DNA of 64,000 nt from Balanoglossus misakiensis. Taxonomy: Eukaryota; Animalia; Hemichordata. Below, in pieces: positions 49,841-62,181 of the stretch. The stretch is taken from NCBI GenBank assembly GCA_040954595.2, contig CM082578.2:6185519-6249518 (forward strand), read 5' to 3'. The notes beneath the pieces were generated by a model that did not search any database, was not told the origin of the DNA, and saw only the letters and a list, made by a program, of their open reading frames with translations. Both the position numbers and the translations under genes were made by a program. Position 1 is the stretch's first letter, and the number at the start of each line of letters is the position of its first letter.

Positions 49841-52800
49841 ATGGATTTCTGCATAAAAGTTGTCCCTATCATCTTGCTGGCCCTGGTGGCAAGAAGTAGT
49901 CAGCAAGGTAAGTGCTGCTGATTATTGACGTCATCATATAGTGATACATGCGCACATTGTCTGCATTTCTTGTCTCCGTAGTAAGTCATATTAGTATAGA
50001 CCTTCTGTCTGAGAGCAACGGCACATCGCTGCCTTGCGAGTCACTCTAAAACGGCCTGTTTCCCGACGACGAAACAGTCCCAAGTGTGACGTCACGCTGT
50101 ATTTTGGATACACCTTATGGAATTTACCGTTCGTGCATAGAACACACGGGCATCTTCATTTAGTAGGTCTATACTTGTGCGCGCATGCGCAGATAACATA
50201 CACGTGCGTACGCATACAGCTCGTCAATCAAGCGACGGTCCGTGGTTTTCAGTCCCACGTCGATCAGATCCGATAGACAGAATCCCGTGCGAATGAGCAC
50301 AGAAGTTCAGTTTTGTTTCTTATTTCAGACAGCAGTGGTCGTTTCAAGCGCGTGTGTTATTACACCAACTGGGCTCAGTATAACAGAGGGCCTGGAATAT
50401 ACAAGCCGGAAAATATCGACCCCCACCTCTGCACTCACATCGTCTACGCATTTGCCGACTTGAACGCGAATCATGAACTCGTCGCCTATGAGTGGAATGA
50501 CGATTCCGAACCCTGGTTAACGGTAAGGTTCATTTTATAGAAGACAACTTTCTATATCTTTTTGTCTACTTTTGCAAATGGTTGTGTTTCAGTGCGTCAA
50601 CTGAAGTTTTTTTCGTTGCATTGTCAAAACCACGGTTCCGGTTTATCGTTTAATATTTAGCTCACCAACACGGTTCAGTTGAAATGTGTATTGTCAGCAA
50701 TAAGCCTTATTATCGAGGAAAATTGTGTACAGCAATTAGGGCCTATAACTTAACCCACGTGCGTGGCTGAGATTAATTTACATCTGACATGTCTATGTCT
50801 GAACTTGTATTTGACGCGTCTACTTCAGTTGTGAAATGCTGATAAATTATACTCTCAGACTGGTTTGCATTGTAACTGCCGATGATAAAATAAAACCACT
50901 TTCTCGGGAGTAAGACAAAAATGACATTCTTTTGCACCTCCAGGGAATGTGGGAACTTGTGAACAATCACAAGGAGACAAATCCAAACCTCCGGACGCTT
51001 CTCGCTCTTGGCGGATGGAATTTTGGTACGCAGAAATTCACATCCATGGTGTCTACCGTGGGAAATCGAGCCCATTTCATTTCGACGACAATAGCTTTCC
51101 TGCGAGAGAAGAACTTCGATGGTTTTGACTCTGACTGGGAGTACCCGGGATCACGTGGGAGCCCACCCAGCGATAAGGAGAAATTCGTCATGCTTCTAAG
51201 AGTAAGTGAGTCGATTATCCACGCCAATTAAATTGCATGCGTTCGGGACATGAGTAAGGGACGACTTTTTGAAAATTCGTATATTTTAATAAACTGAACA
51301 TGTTCTTTTGAGAATGTGTCTAACTTTACACCACAGAGTGAAAATGATGCGAGAAGATCATTAGTAAATAACCGGTACCAATTGAAAGGGAATTGTTTAA
51401 TGATTAGATGACCGTGGAAACATCATCTAACGCGCCTGTTTATCGTGTTCATGTAGGAATTCAGAGAAGCCATCGAAGACGAAGATGTTCCTGAAGGAAA
51501 AGACAAACTTCTTCTGACGGCAGCAGTTGGAGCCGGCAAGACGACTATCGATGCCGGCTACAATATACCTGAGATATCCAGGTAGGTATATCCCTGGATA
51601 TTATTGTGATATGAGTGTATCTAATTGCTTTGCTATGGTGAACGTATGCCTATGTCTATACTCTCAAGATTTCCTTGCACATTCTAACAACCATTACACC
51701 TCAGCCAATTGAACTAGAATTCCACCGGCCAAAGAATGCAATAACGTTATAACACATTGGTTGTCATGATGTTCAGTGCAACAGGAGCTCCCTGTGCTAT
51801 AATTGTCTCTTGCTGTTCTTTTTGTCTAACTTGTTTCAGGGAGCTTGACTGGGTGGGATTGATGTCGTACGATCTCCATGGTGACTGGGACCCAGTGACT
51901 GGACACAACAGCGCACTTGACGCAGCTGACAGTGAGACCGGTCTCGATGCGGGAACATTCAACGTTGTACGTATTCGACTCTGACGCCAGTATTGTTAAC
52001 CATGGAGCTCCCCTTCTAGCTCCATGTGTTAACTAAACATTCTGTAAATAGAACTATTTTGTGACTGAGCACACTAGGAGTCAAACATACACAAGGGGAA
52101 TACCAGTACCAAATGCTGCAGTCAACTTGGATGAAGTATTCTATCGACAGTATTACACTAGGCCGTCGGTCCCAAATAACCGGCACTGACCGCAATGACC
52201 CTCCTCAAATCCCATTCCTGCATTCAATACGTGCATAGTCGTGTTGCTTTATACTATAGGTCGTGAGATTGAGCGTCAACGCACTCGAATCATTCCTGGT
52301 CAAAGTAGGACAATGTCACCAGTGTAAGACTGATCAGACAAGGAGAGCTGTTTTAAAACTTAGTGAACAGCTGTGGTTTTAAAACGATGCATCTACATAA
52401 CATCACTTCATCTTGATTTCATTCGTTCTTAGAAATGGGCTGTTAACTATTGGTTAAGTGGCGGCTGCCCCCGCAACAAGCTTCTGGTTGGAATGGCAAC
52501 ATATGGGCGCTCTTTCAAGCTTACGAATCCATCAAATCACGGAGTGGGTGCGCCAGCTAGCGGCGCCGGGACGCAAGGCGAACACACCAAGGCAGCCGGC
52601 TTCTTGGCATATTACGAAGTATGTTGTCATTGAGACGTGTATATGAAAAAAAAAACAATAATCACATAGGCTACATTTTATTAATTTTTTTGGTGTGGAT
52701 ATGCAATAATCGTCCGCATTGTGTTCTAAGTGATCTATCTATTGCACTGAAAAAAAAGTTTCTTGTGATCACAATTGTTTGACCATAGTCCCTTTGTAAT

Positions 52801-54272
52801 CCATAGATCTGTGTAAAGCTGCAGAATGGTGCAACCCGTGTTTGGGATGAAGAGAGGTCCGTGCCATACTATTACCATGGCGACCAGTGGGTCGGATATG
52901 ACGACAGAGAAAGCTTTCGTGTAAAAGTAGGTCGTTATTTTCTTTTTTCTTTTTTGTAAATGATCACAGTGGTCGGGAGGATTTATACATGCGAAATTGA
53001 GCGTCAAGTTTCGGGGAAAAACAAGAGAATAATACTGTCTCTGAGAATAGCATATTTGCAACTTAGCAAACAGAGGAGGGGAGCGAGTTTATTTTGGCAG
53101 TATATTTTAATGACCAGTAATAATTACGAATTCATTTACACATAATTCAAAATAGAGAACAAACACAGAATTCTATTTTGATAAATGAAAGGTGGAAAGT
53201 TGTTCTACAAGTCGAAAATATTGCTTTTTTCCGAGTCACCCTTATTTGAATTGATCAAACTATATTGATATTCTTGTATTAAAAGTTGCAATGGATCAAA
53301 GAAGAACGCTTAGCCGGCACCATGGTCTGGCCCTTGGACCTCGACGACTTCACTGGTGAATTTTGTAACCAGGGCAGATATCCTCTTTTGAGCGTCATCC
53401 AATCCGAACTGGGTGATGCAGAAGCGGTGACGGTCACAGATGCTCCGCCTCAAACACAGACAAGCGCTGATTCCAACCCAGTGACGGTCAGAGAGTCGAC
53501 AACAGCGCTAAAGGCGAGTACCACAACGGCGAAGGCAACGACAGAACCTGTCGTGGAAGCCACGACAGCCCAAGCCAATGATCCGACAACAAAGAAAGGT
53601 AAATGTATAGTCACGTTCCGCGTGGCCACTTGTCCACAATCCGCTTTAGAGTGTAGTGTTAGTTTGGGGTTCTATCTGAGACCCTCATGGTATAATTTTA
53701 TATTCTGTGTGTAGCTTTACGGTGACGGGGGAATGTCTAGAGCAGATAAGCTTACAAACAATCTTGCCTTACATAGGCACGAACACGGAGGTAGAGAGAG
53801 ATTCGGCCGGGCGGAGTGCTTTCGTAGTTAGAGACAAGCGGCTCGTTTGATGTTGTAAATTCTAAGGGAGTATGAAGTTGGCATTGAAATTTGCGGAAAG
53901 AGAACCGCAATGCTAATTCGGTCGCACGTCCGAATTGTGTCGGGTGTGTACGATAGGCTGATATGCCCATGTGTGTGACGATCACTCCAAGTATATGGAT
54001 TTACTGAAAATGACCTCAGGATAATATTTTCTAGGTATGCCCCCAGCTCGATAGTTCATTCTTTTTTTCGCTCACTTGCAGCTCCCGAACAACCAACAGG
54101 AGAAGTTGACTGCATGACTACGCATGATGGTCTCTATCCACATCCCGACGACTGCAACAAGTTTATACAGTGTTCATGGGGAAGGAAGTTCGTGATGAAC
54201 TGCGGCCCTGGCACTGTCTTCAACCCCGCCGGCTACTGCGACTGGCCTTACAACGTACCCGGATGTTACTAA
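49841..54272 (+). CDS. GH18 chitinase (chitotriosidase/AMCase-like): signal peptide, catalytic domain, Thr-rich linker, CBM14 chitin-binding domain
   Basis: Exons 49841-49907, 50329-50522, 50944-51201, 51457-51581, 51840-51966, 52433-52618, 52807-52926, 53286-53598, 54082-54272. Motifs [42 protein letters not shown] (DxxDxDxE intact), [15 protein letters not shown] and a six-Cys CBM14. A probable non-coding exon 1 ends at about 48293. Confidence 0.96.
52001..52026. mobile_element. 26-bp hairpin micro-element with 7-bp flanking duplication
   Basis: TGTTAAC|CATGGAGCT-CCCCTTCT-AGCTCCATG|TGTTAAC. Confidence 0.65.
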
Positions 54273-57215
54273 GTCTCGACCTCCAAGGATTTGAAATACG
54301 CCATCTTCAACCCACCACCACCAGAATGACATAAATTCTGCAGCTGTGTCTTCCATACGTATTGCTCTATTTTATTTTCAATCAGTACAATAGAAAAATA
54401 AACGTTATTTTAATTTTAGATATAGAATGTACATTTATTAGTTTAAATAAAGAATAATGGATTGTAGTTGGGGTTGTTTTTCATGTGAATTTTTTACCAT
54501 TTTAATTAAGGTAATCACTGTTTATGTCCTTTAAAACAGCAATGTACACTGTTGCAAACCTGAAGATCACATTTTATCAATACCTTATTGAAAAGTGTAG
54601 ATTTCCAAACCATCTATCATCGTGTTAATTTTCCAACGGCTTCAGAAGATCTGATATGTGGACGAGAACCAGTATGTACTTCAAGTGTTGCGATCATCAG
54701 GCGTTTACGTTCTGTCGCTATAGATACTCCCATCATGATTTCCTCGAAGACATTAATCTTTCCTTTTTAGAATGGAACTTAGCTGTCGTTTATCAAAGCA
54801 AACGCGAAGAGCCCAAAGCGTCCAGTTCACAAAGAAAAAATATCAAAAACAGTTTTAACTGACGGTCTAAAATATTTAAAACCCATTTAATATCTCTCCC
54901 TGCACACCTGAGTTACAATACCCTTCGCTTGTATAAAGCTGCCGTGTAAAGATCGCCGTGTTTCCATGGTAACACTGTGGGCGAAATACAACATACGTGA
55001 CGCGGACGTGTGTGTCATCTCACTGGCAACTATGCAGTCTACGATATGCAATTCACTATTAATAATCGCTGAGGAAGTGACATTGAAGTCTATCGTCTGT
55101 TCTTAATTGATCTTTACTCAAAGAGGTTTTGAAATAAACAATAAAACCAGAGCGTCACGATGCGTATTACATGTACTAAGTATTTTGAATTATACCAATC
55201 CAACTGTCTGCATGCCAGGTCTTCATTGTTGAACAACACATGGTATATTTTCACTCGACCTTGACCTTGGCGAAGACCTGTGATCAAGGTCTCTCTAATA
55301 GGCCCACTTTTACAGTAAAGACCTTCGATTTTCTGAAATCCTACGTGTCACCGGTCAATCTTAATTCAGAAATAAAAATCGACTTTTCATTATATATTTG
55401 TGCTGTATATCAACTCTCTACCGAATTCCTAAGTTGATGTTTTGAGATAAGGTCAAACGCACGTGAGTTCATGCAGTTATAGATGAGCACGTAGAAGGAA
55501 CCAATGCCAATAACGGCATGTAAGCGTGGGACGAGACAATTATGATCCTCTCTGAGGCATGAGAGAGAATCATCGTATTTATATGGCTGTCCCTGTATGT
55601 GTCTATTTATTTATTTATATATAAATACTTACTAAAATACACTGTTTTTTATGAAACTCGACGAAACATTTTTATTCATTCAGACTTGACTTGGGCATAG
55701 AACAAATATCTTGTCTCAAGCCCAAAACAAGTATGCGCCCTATTTTTTTTTTCAAAATCCGCTATATCAATGTTATCAAACTAAAGCAATCAGCATTACA
55801 ATCACGTTTATTTGTACATTCGTATCATTTTGGGTCCATGCAATTTAAAAAACTACTAAATGCAAGAGGTGAACATTTTTGGCGGAAAACAAAGTCGTTT
55901 GTTCATGCAGCAATAGAGGTCGCCATGGTTTGCATGATTAATTTCATATAATAGCACACATTCTCGGCTTCTCTGCACATTCTGCTGGTCACACCGTCAA
56001 GGTGCATGACGACAACTTTTGATTATTTTAATTACTGGCGGGAAATAATTACCTGTTGAAGCAGAGTGTAGTAGTTGGGTAGTCCGAGAATACCCCTTAA
56101 GTGTCTGCGCACAACCAATTTAGGGTCTGCAGGTGAAATGCGGGGCAAGAAAGGAAGTAGACGTTATTCGGTCTAATCATGAGCTAAAATGGTAGAAAAC
56201 AAGAAATATCCACTTAGCTGGTGAAATTCTGACGACAAGACTTACTACTCCCGAACCACCGAGTCATTCTCCACTTCGCTATTTTGTGACAGCCTTCAAC
56301 GCCAGTCACATTAAATGCGAATAAACCTGGCGTAACTTAATAAGAATCTGTAGTTTGTTTTGTATATAGGGCTTCATGACTGGTGGTTGTCAAGGGTTAA
56401 CTTTCTAATGGTTGACACTCGCTCATAAAACGAGTAGATAAATTCTTCATATTTCTTTCCTGAACTACGGTCCTGTAACCATGGAAACAATGTATTAGAC
56501 TATACCCTGCATATTTCAAGATAAGCCCATTAATTTCTTTGCGGATGAGTTACTGTGGGTGAGACGAACTCATGATTTTTAATGAAGGTTTTAATATTAT
56601 ATCATTTCATTTAATGGTGCGTTTAACCGTTTCAAATAGTACCGGTTTATCTTAGAAAGGTTCTTTTTGGCCATCATTTGAAAAATTTACAACCATTCAA
56701 TTAGAGTGGCGTTCGAGTGTATGTTGAAAATTGTCGTCTCTCGGCCAAACACTTTACCCGCAGGGCTTCCATTTTAAATTGCTATTTTCGAAATTATTTT
56801 TTAATCCAGCAACTGTACAAAATGAGGTACCCACTACTCCAGAGAAAGCATGAGGGAGATGCTATGAGAAGTAAAGTGCCTGGCTCGAGGGCATATAGCA
56901 TCAAGGCTTGTTCAGAGTCTCAAACGCTATACACTGTCTGACAGTGAGATCAGCTATCGAGCGGCACTGCATATGTCTATACTAATACTCAATGAACAAG
57001 TCCTGACATTACGTGTATGTTACTGGGATGTCCGACGGAAACACCTTGTTCATGCGTTTCCGCGATCGTGTGACTGACTGGGACAGAAGGCGCGAAATAA
57101 AATCCTTCCTTCCTTGAAAGGCGCCCTGTCATAATATCTACCAGCGAGATACTATGGATACTGGAAGTTCAGACAACCACAAACTTTTACATTGAAAACA
57201 AGTTCACTGCAGGGC

Positions 57216-57391
57216 TAGACTCTCTCACAGCCCACGGTTCGCTACAACAAGGCTCTTCACTGATGCGCCCTCAACTGTTTAGCAAAGGAGAAGCCCCATA
57301 TGGTGTTTTGCAGCGAACCTCTCGCCTGGGCACACATGCAATCAGACCATAAAGCCTGCATGGACGACGAGAGGGGCTGTGAGAGAGTCTA
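57216..57391. mobile_element. 176-bp MITE with perfect 18-bp TIR (TAG...CTA) and perfect 10-bp TSD
   Basis: TAGACTCTCTCACAGCCC / GGGCTGTGAGAGAGTCTA, flanked by ACTGCAGGGC at 57206-57215 and 57392-57401. Confidence 0.9.
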
Positions 57392-58950
57392 ACTGCAGGG
57401 CGTACGTGCGCGCACTACAGAAAGGGTTACTATGATTGCAATTTTCATGGTTCTGTACCAATGGTCGAATACAATCACTGTGTCACTGTGTTCCAGGGTT
57501 TAGAGATCATATCTTTGTCAATAAAAGGAAGGTGTAACCTTTTAGTTAAACTCGCGAAAATGCGACACTCCAAAATAAACCCATGCTATTTGCACGACAC
57601 AGGTTAGTGTCTCCGCAAAAACTCATCTTTTATACGACATCCTCTGTTATTATGAAGAATATACAATGTATGTTGGACAGCATACACCATGAGTTGATTA
57701 AAGTGGAATATTAGTCTACATATGAGTGTCGGAGAAGGGGATTACAGTTCCATTAACAAAGGTTCTTGATCCTTCCTTTTACTGTTGAAAATCCTCTCCA
57801 TGAAGTCAGGATAATCACTTACCACGAGTCCTTTGTAGAAACAAGATGGCGGCGGGGAGGGGGGATTTCTCTTTGCATTTTAAATTACGCGATGGTCAAA
57901 CTATATGTTGGCGATTCCCTGTTCAACCGTAAAACTTAAAATGCAGAGCTACAGCTAACATCTGAGATTTCCCTAAAACGCCCTACTAAAAGTGAATTAA
58001 ATTTTCCTCAATCTCGATACCACCTGTTCGTTGCGTCGTTTCACCACGAATGCGGTTGTTGGTCGAATCACGCTTATCGCAGACGAGTGCGATGTGGTGA
58101 GACTACGTACATTGACATATAGCGAACGGCAGTAACTATAGTTTACACATATTGACTGGCCATAAAATTAACAGCACACCTTGCATTCCCCCGAGGGACT
58201 ATTATGGCCCTACAAAAAGACTGCTTTTGCAAATGCATATGGCAATTCAGCCATTCTTGACATATCAGATCTTCGTTCAATTCCTTTGCACATCCACGGG
58301 CAATGACCCGGACGATGCACAAACATACGAGCTGTAGGCATAACATTATGAAAATAATAAATCAACGACATTGTTTCTGTCACATTCTGTATTGAAGTTA
58401 TACGCTCCACTGAAGACTAAGTGTACGTTTGTATGTGAAACATTTAATGTACTTCAAATCTGTCTCTTCCTCTGGATAAAACTAAAAATTCGCTGGAAGT
58501 ATTTAGCGGGAAACAGCGAACAGATAAAGTGCAGATGAGAAAAAAAAAACACGGATAATCGTGGTAGATTTAGTTCTTCCGTGTTCCTTACATAATAAAT
58601 GAATAGAAACATTCAATTTGTACGGTTAGATCTTGTTCGTTTAAATCGTAAACCGGTTCCATCGTTTGTTTCCCGCGAGCGCCTTAATCTTAAAGTACGC
58701 CGTATCCTTAGCAACCGGAAGGAACACTGACACTGTCCTCTATTACTTCAGTTGGAGTTGAAAGCGAATCCAATTAAACGTTGGATTGGAAGCGGATGAA
58801 AATATAAATTTACGTGCGTCGTTCTAATCGCCGGGTCTCTGCAGTGTCCGCGAGCCTCGTGAGTAGTAATGTGGGTTCATTGGCGCCACATTACCATAAA
58901 TTAGCATAATAGCATAATTAGCATAAATTAGCATAATTAACATAATTACC

Positions 58951-59145
58951 ATATTTACATATTCATGAGATTTTTATAAACCACATTAACATAAATCTGC
59001 ATATTTACATATTCATGAGAATTTTATAAACCACATTAACATACATCTGCATATTTTTACATATTCACGAGAATTTTATAAACCACATTAACATACATCT
59101 GCATATTTTTACATATTCATGAGAATTTTATAAACCACATTAACA
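58951..59145. repeat. Tandem repeat, about 4 copies of a 50-52 bp unit, in the Polinton terminal region
   Basis: Unit atatttacatattcatgagaattttataaaccacattaacataaatctgc starts at 58951, 59001, 59051 and 59103 (last copy partial). It is preceded by short ATTAGCAT/ATTAACAT repeats at about 58890-58950. Confidence 0.92.
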
Positions 59146-59227
59146 CTTCTTTAAAAAGCGGTACCTCACCAGTGCATGGTAAAACGATTTGATCGACACA
59201 CCTGTACACATCGTAAAGTGTAAAATA

Positions 59228-59833
59228 ATGGCAGCATCTCAAGATAGAAGATTCCCACTCAACGCAAAAGGAAAATGCGTCAGCGTATCTCTATGGGGTG
59301 GCGAGGTCAAAATCCACATCAGGAATTTCCCGGACGGTATTCCAACTCGTCAAGGTATAGCCCTCAATCTTCACGAGTGGTCAAAGCTACTGTCGTACCT
59401 ATCGGAGGTTGACACCGTCATCAGACAACTGTATCCAAACACCGGTAACACGTGTGAGACCGATTGGGCAAGAGGGGCGACCATTGACGGGGGAAGAGGC
59501 TCCACAGTCCCGGACAACAGCCAGAAGAACACCGAAACAGTTCGCCAGAAGAACATCGAAACAGTTCACAGCGTAGGCCGCCACCTGAAACAAGTAAGAA
59601 ATCAGACGCCACGGCTACCGTATTCACGACCCGTACCCCGCTATTTAAAACAAGTGGCCGAAGATATACCTGTGGAGAAGAGTAGAGCTGTGCCAAATGA
59701 ATGTATGAATCATACGCGCTGGAGCGACTCTAACGAACCTGGAACACCGGTAAAACCGAAGAGAATTTTCGGGAAGCGTTTGGAGGCGTCAACTTTGGAC
59801 GATGAAACTACACCTGTATCCCCCAGCTTTTAG
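59228..59833 (+). CDS. Polinton ORF with N-terminal PC4/Sub1-like ssDNA-binding domain and low-complexity tail
   Basis: KCVSVSLWGGEVKIHIRNF...PTRQGIALNLHEWSKLLSYLSEVDTVIRQL parallels the PC4 pattern (VSVRxFKGxVxIDIRE...PGRKGISLNxEQWxxL). ATG at 59228; AATAAA at about 59979. Confidence 0.8.
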   Translation: MAASQDRRFPLNAKGKCVSVSLWGGEVKIHIRNFPDGIPTRQGIALNLHEWSKLLSYLSEVDTVIRQLYPNTGNTCETDWARGATIDGGRGSTVPDNSQKNTETVRQKNIETVHSVGRHLKQVRNQTPRLPYSRPVPRYLKQVAEDIPVEKSRAVPNECMNHTRWSDSNEPGTPVKPKRIFGKRLEASTLDDETTPVSPSF

Positions 59834-60312
59834 TGATTACAGGAAATAGAACAATGTTTTTTAATGATGATAAATGTTATGACAACCGTGACACGTTGTT
59901 CTTTTGACGGATGTTTTTTTTTTTCATACACAATATCGAGCAGTGTAATTTAGCACAATGCATATACAGTACTACAGAAATAAATAAAATTGCTTTTATA
60001 CTTAATTTTATTGTATTGATGTGTTTGATCGCCGTATGGTTGTGATGTTGGATGTGATTGGTTTACGATGACCCCCGGGTTATCACCGACCATTATAAAT
60101 ACACTAAGACCCCTGTTTATACATTCATTTTACCCAAGTAAACAGCGATTGATATTTCGGGAGAGGAAAGACGCTCCCGACCCCATAACGCGTTGTCATG
60201 AAGCTCTGTTGTCAACCACCCTGTCACATTTCGAGATTTTTTGAAAAAACCAAGTGTATCTGTGTCTGTTTTGGGGGTAAATTGGTGGTGGGTAACAATT
60301 CAACCTTTACCG

Positions 60313-61410
60313 ATGGATCGTGCGACCACCCTGTACCTGGACCGAAAATACCGAAACCCCGCCAGCGACGGTGGATTCAGAGGTGCCGGAAGTTTATATC
60401 AGGCTGTCTTAAATGAGGGTAAACACTTCGTACCAATGAGGGAAATTAAGGAATACTTATCAGGACGTGATTCGCACACTCTTCACTCTACTGCGAGAAA
60501 AAAATTCCCGAGAAACAAGACCGTAGCTTTTAGAAAAGATCAGATATGGCAGATTGACTTAGTGGACATGAAATCTTTGTCTAAACACAACAACGGCAAC
60601 CAGTATTTACTGACTGTAATGGATGTATTATCACGCTACGCGTGGGCGGTACCTCTACGTAACAAAACCTCGCAAAGTGTCCTGAAAGCTTTCAAGAAGA
60701 TTTTGAGAAGTGGTAGAAAGCCCGAAAAAGTTCAATCTGACAAGGGGAAAGAATTTCTAAATACCAATTTTCAGAAGTTTTTAAAGACACGGGGGATTGA
60801 ACACTACACGAGTGAGAATGAAACAATAAAATGCTCCATCTTGGAACGATTTCACCGCACTCTTAAAAGTAGAATGTTTAAATATTTCACGGAAAACAGT
60901 ACGTACACATATATATCACGGTTACAAGATTTTGTCAATTCGTATAATACATCTGTACACAGAACCATCAGGGAAAAACCGTGCGATGTAAATGAAACCA
61001 ATCAGACGGAAATCTGGAGACGTCTACACGGCGGAGACTTAGCTAAAAGCCTCACTACACCCGCCAAATTTAAGTTCGATGTTGGTGACTCTGTACGCAT
61101 ATCCACCAACAGAGGTGTTTTTGCGCGTGGTTATCACCAGAATTTTTCCGAGGAAATTTTTACGGTGTCCAAACGGTTGTCGCGGCGTCAACCTGTGTAC
61201 AGGCTTAAGGATTACTCCGACAACGAGATCAAGGGGTCGTTCTACGAATGGGAGCTCATACGTGTTAACAAATTGAATGATTTGTATAAAATAGAGAAAA
61301 TAATCAGGCGTCGTCGTAAAAATGGAAGGATACAGTTATTAGTAAAGTGGCGCGGCTACCCCGCTCATTTTAACAGCTGGGTCTGGAAAGAGCAAGTCCA
61401 AAAAGTTTAG
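60313..61410 (+). CDS. Retroviral-like (rve, DDE) integrase with C-terminal chromodomain, Polinton type
   Basis: WQIDLVDM, VQSDKGKEF and ILERFHRTLK supply the D, D, E triad; chromodomain YKIEKII...LVKWRGYPAHFNSWV. First ATG at 60313; TATAAAT at 60094. Confidence 0.95.
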   Translation: MDRATTLYLDRKYRNPASDGGFRGAGSLYQAVLNEGKHFVPMREIKEYLSGRDSHTLHSTARKKFPRNKTVAFRKDQIWQIDLVDMKSLSKHNNGNQYLLTVMDVLSRYAWAVPLRNKTSQSVLKAFKKILRSGRKPEKVQSDKGKEFLNTNFQKFLKTRGIEHYTSENETIKCSILERFHRTLKSRMFKYFTENSTYTYISRLQDFVNSYNTSVHRTIREKPCDVNETNQTEIWRRLHGGDLAKSLTTPAKFKFDVGDSVRISTNRGVFARGYHQNFSEEIFTVSKRLSRRQPVYRLKDYSDNEIKGSFYEWELIRVNKLNDLYKIEKIIRRRRKNGRIQLLVKWRGYPAHFNSWVWKEQVQKV

Positions 61411-61423
61411 ACGTCTTGAAAGC

Positions 61424-62170
61424 ATGGCAACAGACTTTTACGTTACTTTAATAAGTGATGCAGGCAATATTTTGTACCCCGGAAACACCCCTGATCACTT
61501 CACGACAAAGCTTGCACGACCGATAGATCTGGGTGGCCAGTGGGAAGTAGGTCTGGTTCAGCTAATTTATCCACGAATGTGGTCCAACGTGACAGATGAT
61601 AACAACACCGTATTTTACAGAAAATTGTACAGTGAAACGAAGGCGTTACGGGTACCTGTAGGATATTACGCGACGATTGAAGAGTATATTAGGGTAATTG
61701 AAGACCAGCCTGTGGGTGAGGATAAAGGTTTTCTGAAACTGAAGTATTACAAGCACTCGGGACGCGTTGGTAACGAGATTAAAGACGGGTACATCATACG
61801 GCCCCAGCCGGCGACAGCGGAAATACTTGGATGGCGGCCAGGAAATAGGAGCGGTGTAGACCATGGTGATTTCCATGCAGACATAAACGCAGGGTTACAC
61901 GTTCTCTATATTTATACAGACATTATCGACTACCAACTTGTGGGGAACATCTCCTCACCGCTTCTGTGTACAGTACCCGTGGGCGGCGGTCACACAGATA
62001 CGGTAACGTTTACACCTATCCAGACGCATTACACAACCGTAAATTATAAGGACTTTGAAACCATTGAAATATTTATAAGGGACGAGCACGGGAAGAAATT
62101 TTCATTTGAATCGGGGCGGGTGGTTGTTAAACTTCATTTTCGTCAGAAACGACCGCCCCAGTTCGCATAG
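61424..62170 (+). CDS. Polinton minor capsid protein (penton-like)
   Basis: FYVTLxSD...YPGNTPxHF...LxxPIDLxGxWEVGL N-terminus and LYIYTDII...VGN...PLL...Y...I.I.IRDExG...FExGxVVVxLHFR C-terminus, characteristic of Maverick minor capsid ORFs; gene context agrees. Confidence 0.8.
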   Translation: MATDFYVTLISDAGNILYPGNTPDHFTTKLARPIDLGGQWEVGLVQLIYPRMWSNVTDDNNTVFYRKLYSETKALRVPVGYYATIEEYIRVIEDQPVGEDKGFLKLKYYKHSGRVGNEIKDGYIIRPQPATAEILGWRPGNRSGVDHGDFHADINAGLHVLYIYTDIIDYQLVGNISSPLLCTVPVGGGHTDTVTFTPIQTHYTTVNYKDFETIEIFIRDEHGKKFSFESGRVVVKLHFRQKRPPQFA

Positions 62171-62181
62171 GAAAACTTGTG

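Noticed and set aside
51113-51148. Chitinase as an inactive chitinase-like lectin because of Ser in DGFDSDWE
   Set aside because: All acidic residues of DxxDxDxE are present; only a spacer position differs.
58951-59145. Repeat array as a CRISPR-like locus
   Set aside because: The units are contiguous with no unique spacers, there are no cas genes and the context is eukaryotic.
60198-60416. 72-aa Cys-rich ORF overlapping the integrase start
   Set aside because: No recognisable domain; it could be a uORF but nothing supports that. The track's integrase start at 60241 is a non-ATG codon, so I used 60313.
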